Of a stretch of DNA of 49,313 nt, positions 1-9,500 are shown piece after piece. The position numbers were made by a program, and so were the translations under genes. The notes under the pieces are model-generated. The model searched no databases and was not told the DNA's origin. It saw nothing but the letters and a program-made list of their open reading frames with translations. The stretch is from positions 57,273 through 106,585 of the forward strand of contig NIVC01003284.1 of NCBI GenBank assembly GCA_002269645.1. Direction: 5' to 3'. Positions within the stretch are counted from its first letter, which is position 1; every line of letters begins with the position of its first letter. This stretch comes from Macrostomum lignano (Eukaryota).

Positions 1-1178
1 CGTGTCATCGAGGAGCGCGCATCCGCCAGTCTACGCTGATCATTGTCTTCGTTGACTTCGAAAGGCGTTTGACTCGGTGTTGAGAGCCGCGCTCCCCTTT
101 GTCCTTCGAGCCTACCGGGTACCCCAGCAGCTAGTAGGACGCAGTCATGGCGCTGTATTGCGATACTCGAGCTGCTGTGGTGACGGCGGACGGCCTGTCT
201 GACCTGTTCGATACTCATCAGGAGTTCTGCAGGGCGACACGCTAGCGCCGTTCCTCTTCGTGCTGCTGCTGGACTGGGTGCTTCGGACCGCCACTCCCCT
301 CGGCTAATGACGGCTTCCTGCTGCGGCAGACGCATCGGTCGCTGCCACGGTGAAAAGCGCCTAAGCGTGCTTGGCTACGCCGACGACCTCGCCCTCCTGT
401 CCTCGTCCGTTGAAGGCGCCCAGCGCCATATCGACAGGCTGGTCGAGGTGGCATCGAGCGTCGGTCTGATCGTCAACACGCTGAAGACCGAGGTGCTGAC
501 TGTGCCGGCCGACATCCCAGCGGACCTGACGTGCCGCGGCGCAGACGGGCAGACGACCAGGCTCGCACGCTGCCAGCGGTTCACCTACATCGCGGTCTGG
601 TGCCCCGTGGAAGAGGACCTCCGGCGGCGCAGAGGACTTGCCTGGTGTGCTTTTCGTTCGATCCGCCGTCCTCCAGTCCGAAGCGCTGCCCGACCGCCAG
701 AGGGCTCGACTGTGGCAGGTGGTGGTCGAAACCGTCCTGCAACGCCGAGACGTGGACGCTGACGGCTACGCTGGAGCGGCATCTGGACTCGGCGCACTCA
801 GGGCTGCTCCGTGCGGCCTTTCAAACTGACGAGAGCGTCGGGACCGAGGCCCTGTACGATCGGGCCAAGCTGCAGCGCCGTCCATCATCCTGCGCCGGCG
901 CGACATCAACTGGCGGGCCACGTGATCCGGGCCGAGGGCTACTGCCCCCAACCTGTTCAGGACGTCCTGCTGCTTACCTTGCAGGGTCTCTTCAGGCGAT
1001 GTCAGGCCTGAACCCGTCGATACGTGGACTGCCTGCTGTGCGACGCTGGGGCGCCCGACACTGCCAACGGAGCGGACTTTGTTCTCTGCCAGGCTCTGCG
1101 GCGCGCCATCTGACGCGCCCTGCTTTAACTGTGACTGTGCATGCGGGGTCGCGTATTTTGTTGTTGTTGTTGTTTGTT
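1..1178 (+). mobile_element. Non-LTR retrotransposon (RTE-like) 3' portion: frameshifted reverse transcriptase plus (TTG)n tail
   Basis: RT motifs are read across frames: LIIVFVDF-KAFDSV (about 28-80), GVLQGDTLAPFLFVLLLDWVLR (about 222-287) and LGYADDLALL (367-396). Several frameshifts. A (TTG)n tail lies at about 1158-1176. The element is cut by the window start. Confidence 0.85.
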
Positions 1179-1347
1179 TCACGGAGGAGGAGGTGCAGGG
1201 CTCGTGTGGCGTGGGCAGAAGTGCGTGTGTAGGCTAAGGGTGCATTCCTTGAGTGGAAAGATGCCAAAGAAGAAGAGTATGAAGTTTTGTGTTTTTGCTG
1301 CTTATCGTTTTAAAGTCACAGGTACAGGTTTACAGGTAATACATAGA

Positions 1348-1643
1348 GGGGTTGTTGTAGCCCAGTGGTTAGAGCGTCGGACTCACGACTTGAAGGTCGG
1401 GGGTTCGATTCCCGATCCCACTGGAACAATTTGCGTCCTTGAGCAAGACACGTAACTCTGCATTGCTTCAGTTCACCCAGCTGTAAAATGGGTGCCAGCA
1501 TTAGCTGGGGTAATTGAGGGTGTGCGTGGCGACCCCCCTCCCCTGGTCTTTGGATTGAACAGCCGTACGCAGCCTTCAAATGCGCCGCGCCGGCAGAGCT
1601 GTCGGTTGCACATCTGCCCTAGGCAGATGTGATCAATTATTAT
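1348..1643 (+). mobile_element. Full-length tRNA-derived SINE with CORE-like central domain
   Basis: The tRNA-like head has an A box (TAGCCCAGTGG) and a B box (GGTTCGATTCC). The centre GTCCTTGAGCAAGACACGTAAC...CTTCAGTTCACCCAGCTGTAAAATGGG resembles the MIR/CORE consensus. A 10-bp stem-loop lies at 1609-1631, followed by an (ATT)n tail. The 8-bp TSD TACATAGA is at 1340-1347 and 1644-1651. Confidence 0.8.
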
Positions 1644-2307
1644 TACATAGAAATTTTTGTCCAATCCTTATACTGTTTCTATAGGATTTGTGGTCTGCCA
1701 CAACCCTACCAAACCAGCTGTAGGCTTCATCTTTTACAGTAAGATTTTCTAGCATTTTATTCGATCGAAAACAGTTAATTAGTAGAACTATATGTATTGT
1801 GAATAAAAATTTGTGCTAGAAATGCCAAACGTTTCCAAGCTGCGAAGTTGAATAAATCTAATTTTTGTTATAAAAATAGCCATTATACCCAGGCTTGGAC
1901 CCACACTAGGGCAAGCTATGGCTCCTGGTAGCTCTTCTCCTGTATTTAGTTAGAAGAGAATCAGACTCCGTCTGCAGCCTTTCATGCCGTTGTCCCCCCC
2001 CCCCCCCAACTCTCTGGCTGTTTCATTTGCCGTGTAAATTATTAACGACATCGCATAGCCAGGACTGCATGGTTGGCGCACGCTTGCTTCCAGTTAAAAA
2101 CGGCTTTAACGAACGCTTTTTTAACTGCCTGAGAAAACCTGCAGTCTGGATGGCTGCTCGGAGCTTGAGCTGCATCCAGCTGATTCGATCTGCTTGCACT
2201 TTTAGTTTATAGTATGTGTAATTTAGTAATAAATAGAATGAGCCAAGCAGTGGTTTTTTAATCTAAAATACGTTTGCAACCAAAAAAATTGAAAAATTTA
2301 CTTTTTG

Positions 2308-2917
2308 CGGAGTCGGTCAATCTTTTTTAGCTCAATAGCCAGAGAAAAAGAGAAAAAGACAGAGAGAAGAGGAAATAGAGAAGAAAGGACATTAGAGAGA
2401 ATGAGAGAGAGACAATGAGAGAGAATACAGAGAGAACGGTACAGAGTACAAGAGAGAGGAGAAGAGAGGTGAAGAGAGGTGAGGTGAGGAGATCTGACGA
2501 GAGGAGAGAAGAGAAGAGGAGACGAGAGGAGAGGAGAGGAGAAGAGAGGTGAGGAGAGGAGAGAAGAGAAGAGGAGAGGTGAGGAGAGGAGAGAAGAGGA
2601 GAGGAGAGAAGAGGAGAGGAGAGGGGAGAAAAGGAGAGGAGAGGAGAAGAGAGATGGGAGAGGAGAGATGAGGGGAGAAGATAGGGGAGGTGGGAGAGGA
2701 CAGGAGAGGTGAGGAGTAGGATAGGAGAGAAGAGAGGTGAGGAGAAGGATAGGAGAGAAGAGAGGGGAGAGAGGGAAGAGAAAGCAAGATAATGAATTAG
2801 AGAAAGACAGCTGAGAAGAGACAAACATTGAGCGGGCCGCATTTCCACTGTGAACTGTCTGCTCCACCCGAGGGCCGGTTTAGAGAAGTTTCGCGGGCCG
2901 GAGTTGGCCAACTCCAG
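2308..2917. mobile_element. hAT-like MITE with expanded GA-rich interior (copy 1)
   Basis: Imperfect TIRs: CGGAGTCGGTCAA at the left end and CTGGAGTTGGCCAA (reverse complement) at the right end. GGCCCGC/GGCCCTC subterminal motifs are present. The interior at about 2341-2820 is polypurine. A related inverted copy lies at 32040-32611. No TSD was found. Confidence 0.5.
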
Positions 2918-3501
2918 TTAAAAAAGTTAATTTTAACGGATTAACGCAATTGATGCCTTTAATTGTTTGTGATTTGCCGCTAATAGCTTTTTGTTTTATC
3001 TTTATCGAAATAAGCTGGACAAAATCGAGTTTTAGGGCGTCTTTAGAAAACTTTGTTGAAGCGAGACATCCACAGAAAGACATGCCGTATACAGCTTAAG
3101 GCAGGTAAAAATTAAACACAATTTCTATCTAAATTTGCTCGCGCACCTTATCGCTGCAGCGCTGCAGGAGAGGCAGAAACTCAGGTCGAGTTTTTGCCGA
3201 TAAGGCCGCGTTTTGAGTTGGTATTGTGTGCTCGAATCGCATGAGCATCGAAATCGGACCTACATGTGGCTACAGGGCTAATGGCTAATGGTAAACTTTG
3301 TTATTGCGAAGTTGCATCGAGTCTGTACAGTACTGGCGGTCAGTGCTCAGCTTTGGTCTGTGCCTTTTTGCGAATTTTTCTAACACACAAATTACTTGCA
3401 ATATTTGCTTAATGACTTTTGGCTATATATGCAGGTATTTATACAGCTCAGCCTGTTGCCAAACGCTTGCACTGCTTGCCACAAGTTAAAAGTTGCTGCA
3501 G

Positions 3502-6500
3502 CATACAAATTCACCCAATCTTGGGTGGCAACCAGCTAAGGAATTATACACACGGATAGGTTATAAATCATGCTCGAGTTGGAGCAGTCAGCTCGCAGAG
3601 CTGCTGGTGGAGCGGTGAGTTGATCGAGTTTTAACCACTACAAGACTGGCTTTGTATTGTCTCGTCAGGCCCTTGGCGCCCTTGGTGCTAAAGCCCCTTG
3701 GTGCTAAAGCCCCTTGGTGCTAAAGCCCCTGCATGGCGCCAAAGAAAGTCGGCAGAAACTGCTCTCTTTTTAGACCCAAGTTTTCTATGGCTATTATAGC
3801 TACATGTAAATGTACATTTGTAAATTTTTACGATGATTCATTTTTAAATCCTTTGTCCCCGACGCAAAACGCATATCAATGTAGCAACGTTCACTGATTC
3901 CTTCTACCTACGCGGTATATCGGGTTTAGGTTGGAGATTTTGGTCACTCAGTCTACCGCCTTATAAGACCAATTAGGCAACAATTAGTGCATGCACCTGG
4001 AAATTCCTGAATCTCTTTCCACTACAAAAAATTATTTACAACAGGAAACAAAACTGCTGATCGCTTTGCCGAGACCATTGAGACCCGGCAGCGATGTTAT
4101 TGTGCACGGCAGTCTGCTGGGTTCTCGGTAAGATCCCTGAGGTTTAAAGTACATAAAATAAAGCTTTTTTATTTTTGTAATACGCTTATATGTACTTGTG
4201 GTACTATATGTGAACCATACGTTGCTATGGTGTAAGGATTAGTTCCCGTATCTAAGGTAAACCATCCCTTGCTATGGTGCAGGGATTAGTGTTCTGTTGT
4301 TGAATTAACGAACGCAGAAACAAGATCGATAATTATCCGGGCGCCCAGTGGCACCAAAAGAGGGCTTGGCCAATAGGAGGGCGGCTCGTATATTATGCAA
4401 GCGGGGAAGGAAAGTTCTAGAAAGACCGGGAGAAGAAACTTCTGGAACTATGCGTAAACAAGTCCTGTTGTGGAAGTTTCTAGAAACCCTGTCCCCGAAC
4501 TATCCCTACGCATTGCATGCCTTTGCAATAACAACAATTAGTTCCCGTATCTAAGGTAAACCATTCGTTGCTATGGTGCAGGGATTAGGTCCCGTATCTA
4601 AGGTAAACCATTCGTTGCTATGGTGCAGGGATTAGGTCCCGTATCTAAGGTAAACCATTCGTTGCTATAGTGCAGGGATTAGGTCCCGTATCTAAGGCAA
4701 ACCATTCGTTGCTATGGTGCAGGGATTAGGTCCCGTATCTAAGGTAAACCATTCGTTGCTATGGTGCAGGGATTAGGTCCCGTATCTAAGGTAAACCTTA
4801 TTACAGATTCGTTGCAAAGATAGAACTTTGCCCCATTCCAGCGTGTCAGCAACTCTGCTGTCCACACAGGATACCGGAAGCCTTCGAGTAGAGCTGACTG
4901 ACGCGCTTGATGACGTCACCAACCCAGCCGCAGTTTTCGAAGCCGCCCATCGAGGCCCCGGCGGCCGTCTGCTGGCGATGGAGCAGGGCAGCTGGGCGGG
5001 AATCGGTCGGCGCGCGCACGGAGTTGAGAGTGCTGGCCACTCGCTTCAGCAGGTGCAGGTGTCGCAGTGCGGCTTCTCGCTGCGGTTCGGCATCGGAGAA
5101 ACCTGCTACGAAGTGAGCCGATATTAGATCTTCCTGATGCGATCAGGAAATGTACTTCTTTATTATTTATTAGAGGCAGGGAGCTGTGTGCACCCTGGTG
5201 CACTTTAAGCGACATTGTCACACAACCGGCGAGAGGCATTACTGCCCATTCCGCCGACTCCCCTGAGCAGGCACACAAGCGCGCGGACACGTACGCAGTC
5301 ATACGCACAGGCACACACTCAGGAGTGTACAACAGCCCTGACTTTAGGTATCGTTAGGCATGTACACTTCACTGTGGCTTGCGGGTTGGCCCTCAAAGGG
5401 CGTTAATTGCACGAGCAGAGCCAAGCTGAGATTCCAATTTAGCCCTAAATTAATGCGACTGCACTTGGAATCAAGCCTGGGCCGCTGGCACATCAGAGCG
5501 CCGGGCTAGACCACTGGGATATGCCCCCCCCCCCAGAAAAAGGGTCAAGCGTCGCTGTGTAACTAGTAACATCCTTGTGTAACAGTTGTTTTATCTACAA
5601 CACCAATGTACTGGGTACTACAATAGTTTAATAAGCGATTAACCCTGGTCTAACGGGTGACTAAAACCTTTTTAACAGGTTAACAATCCATGTCTAGCAG
5701 GACACTAATCTCACCCTTATCTACAGGGTGATAGGTGACGAACCGCACTTATTTCCAAAAGATGATAACCCACTTGTGTCTTGTAACACATAACTAGTAC
5801 CCCTGTCTAACAGGTGATTAAGCCCTCGCTTGTCTAACAACTCCTGTCATGACCCCGTCAGAGAAAGGACTCGAACACAGCATTCGCTCCACTCTCGCAT
5901 GCAGATCTGTATCCGAAGCGACGCCAGCGTCAATGAGAGCCAATTAGCCAGGTTCCTGCATCGCCACACTTTCAAGAACTTTACTAGACTTCTGCTGAGC
6001 GGAGCGGCCGACTTCAGAGAGATCGAATGCAGAGACGAAGACGCCAGTCTGTACTATAAGTTGTTCAGTAAGTGTCAGCTCTTCGCTCGCCACTTTTGTG
6101 ACTAGCGATCGAGGCTGGGAGGAAATTGTCGTGCGATTCAAACCCTCGAGGGCCAACCGCAAGGCTCACAGAGTGTACATGCCTGACGATTATAACGGTT
6201 AGAAAGTCAGGGCGTGCCCGTACAGAGAAATGGGCAGAATTGCCGTCAGACGACGATTGGTGAGACGATGAGACGACGGTTGGTGAGTTGTCAGACGACG
6301 TCAACAAAGACGTTGCGCCAGAGGAGCTCTCCTGCGAATATTGATTTATCGGTTAAGTACCAAGGTTTTGATTCTGTGCGGCCACAGTGATTTGACCCTG
6401 GTCTTGTGCCGTAAATCATGCTTGTGAGGGCCGCTGAGGTATCCGAGGGCGCGTGCCATTACGCTGACCTCTGAGCACGCACACACTCACACAGGGTGTA

Positions 6501-9500
6501 CAGCAGCCCAGATTTTCTCGTCGTCAGACAGTGTACACTCTCTGCGCCCTGGGTATTGGCCCTTGTGAGCTTGAATCGTGCAAAAGCTTCGAATGTGCTA
6601 GAAACATCAAGCGAACGTGTTCAAAGCAGTCAGATATCGGTAAAAACTGAAACTGCAATTTCCAGGCGAGCCATTCAGCAGCCAGCCGGATGCCTGGGGC
6701 GAAGAGAGCCTCTGGCGGTGCCGACTGTCCCTGCTCGAGTTGAGCACCCTCTCCAGACTCAGGCCGCAGATTGCTCAGCCGAGTCGCTGCTGACGCTCCA
6801 GATGTCAGTGGGGCTCAACGACAAAGACTTCCTGGCCGCTGCCAACCAGCTGCTGCTGTTGAAAGTGAAAGTCAACATCGAAGGTGTCGATGGTGACGAC
6901 GTCGGCGACTCGCAGCCAGCCGTGGCGGCAGACACTCTGATGCCGATGGCCGCCCCGCCGACGGGAGACTGGAACAGCGGTGCGGATCAGCTGTGCAAAG
7001 TGACCCTGACTCGGGCGGAACCTTCGGGCGTGAAGCCACCTGCTGAGAATTACTCAACGCTCGCTGGTCAATCAGGCGATGAATTTCATCCCCAAGTGCA
7101 GTCTTTGGACGAGTCGCTGATTCTGAGCCATGCGGAGCGGTGCGATGCGTCACTGAGCAGCGACCTGCTGTCACCACCGCCCCTGACTGACGAGCCTGGC
7201 GACCCTAGCCAGCAGCATCAGCAGCTGCTGCAGCCAGTCAAACTGGCTGAGCTCAATGAAACCCCCAAAGCCAATGACAGCTCGCTGTCCATCGAACAGC
7301 TTGCATCGCCTCGAGAACCTGAGCTTCAAGATTCCAAAAAGGACAACGTCAGCAAGCTTCAGCAGTCTCCAGACAGTCGACAGCCGGCTCCGCAGTTGCT
7401 GCCGCCGCTGCGCAGAAGCCGCCGCACCGCTCCGACGATCTCACCGTTCGTGTGCCGCGCCGAGCGAGCCGCCACGCCAGAGTCCGTCGATCTGTCCGGT
7501 TCAACAAAGGAAACTACAAGCAGTGATGTCGAAGAAGAACGATGGACTCTAGGCGATCAAGAGCACCAGCTGATGGCCGTAGAGTCCTATTTGTCCACTG
7601 CGGTGCATCCCAGGTACTACAGCGACAGCTTGGCTGCTGAGCGCCCAGAGACCGATGGCAATCGAGAAGGCGCTCAGTTCGCGAGCTTGTCAATCGAGCT
7701 GCCAGACTTCAATAGCGATGGCAACGGAGCTTCGTCTGAGATTCTCGACGATGTGCTGGCAAAACGACGCGACCACAAGCGCCCGATTCTGAAGATGAGT
7801 GCCTCTTGGCGCAGGCAACGCCACCGTCAGAGCACCAGGAGGCCTCAAGCACTCAACGGATTATACCCAAAGAAGACTTGCGGGCTATTTGTCTACTAGC
7901 AGATACTCTAGTTGATGAAGCTCTCTTGGAAGCTGTCAGAAGACAAGAACAACAGACAGGTGAGATCGACGAGGTACAAAGCAATCAGCTGCCAGCGGAG
8001 GCAGTGCCAGGGCAGGAAAGCCCTGCCCTGGTTAGCGAGTATCGTCAGCAGGAGTTGAAAGCTGTCAAGCTTCAGCACAGAGAAGTGCCAGGTGAACTTC
8101 ACTCTCAAATTGAGCCGCACGAAAAGGATGCGGACACAACGAGCACCAGGACAGCGTGCTGTCAGTGGAACTGAACGCCCCACCTGAAGAGGACCATAAA
8201 GAGTCCTTGGCAGCGCTTAGCTACATGGATGAGGAACCAGCTGAAGCCAATGAAGACCAGTTTGCACCTGCCGCATATCAGCCAAGTGGCATGTCATTGA
8301 ATCTTGAAGGGCCTGCTGAAATCCCTGATAAAGATTCGGCACCTGATAGGCAAGGGGCGCCGATATCTGAGCTTGAGCCACCTGCTGAGAAAAGTGAGGC
8401 TGAGCTACATGTACAAGACAGCTTACTGTCAGTGGAACTGAACGCCCCAGCTGCGGGATTCAATGAAGAGCCGTTGGAAGTGCTTAGCAGGGCAGATCAG
8501 CAGAGCAAAATAAAAGACAACGAAGATAAACCGACACCTGTGGCACATCAGAGCAGTGCGCTGTCACTGGAGCTTGAACCACCACCTGACATCCGCGATG
8601 ACGAAGTGACACCTAGAGAGCATCTATCATCGGAGTTTGAACCTCATGCTAAAGCAGAAACCGAGAAGTTGATTCCGGCCAAGAAACCGCAGTGGAGGCT
8701 TGAACCACCATTTAAGACCAGTAAGAATGAGCTGGAAGAAGCTGAGCACCAGGACATCGCGTTGTCAGTGGAACTGGACCCACCAACCGCTGAACGGACC
8801 CATACCGAATCGCTAGCTGCTATGGGCTATCAGCAAATTATAGAAAAAGACAAGAATGAGGAACCAAATGAAGTAACCGAAGATATGCTAGAACCTGTAG
8901 CACAGCAGACGAGTGGCATATCATCAGAGCTGGGTCCACCACCTGAGATTCGAGATGAGGACTTGGCACATGTCACACACCAGACGAGTGTCATGTCATC
9001 TGACCTGAGACCTCCACCTGAGATACAAGATGAGGACTTGGAACCTGTCACACACCAGACGAGCGGCATGTCATCGGACCTGAGACCTTCTCCTGAGATA
9101 CAAGATGAGGACTTGGCACCTGTCACACACCAGACAAGCGGCATGTCATCGGACCTGAGACCTTCTTATGAGACGCGAGATGAGGACTTTGCACCCGTCA
9201 CACACCAGACGAGTGTCATGTCATCGGACCTGAGACCTCCATCTGAGACACGAGATGAGTACTTGGCACCTGTCAAACACCAGACGAGCGGCATGTCATC
9301 GGACCTGAGACCTCCATCTGAGACGCGAGATGAGGACTTGGCACCTGTCATACACCAGACAAGCGGCTTGTCATCGGACCTGAGACCTCCATCTGAGACA
9401 AAAGATGAGGACTTGGAACCTGTCAAACACCAGACGAGCGGCATGTCATCGGACCTGAGACCTCCATCTGAGACACGAGATGAGTACTTGGCACCTGTCA

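Noticed and set aside
1348-1420. Possible tRNA gene (CAC at the anticodon position)
   Set aside because: The anticodon and acceptor stems pair poorly, and the sequence continues into a SINE body with a tail and TSD.
2298-2911. Leu/Ser-rich ORFs here and at 32009-32681, 44877-45359, 46732-47140, 47310-48177 and 48746-49288
   Set aside because: All are low-complexity or minisatellite translations.
4543-4797. CRISPR-like appearance of the 47-bp repeat (also the 39-, 34- and 44-bp arrays)
   Set aside because: The units are head to tail with no unique spacers, there are no cas genes, and the context is eukaryotic.
6170-6225. Hammerhead ribozyme suggested by CTGACGA...GAAA in family-2 SINE copies
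   Set aside because: I could not build helix III with a valid NUH cleavage triplet (G falls at H), and the core is broken in other copies (CTAACGA, CTGATGT). An Infernal search would settle it.
6220-6350. Acidic exon-like segment (WAELPSDDDW*DDETTVGELSDD)
   Set aside because: It has in-frame stops and no phase-compatible splice sites that I could confirm.
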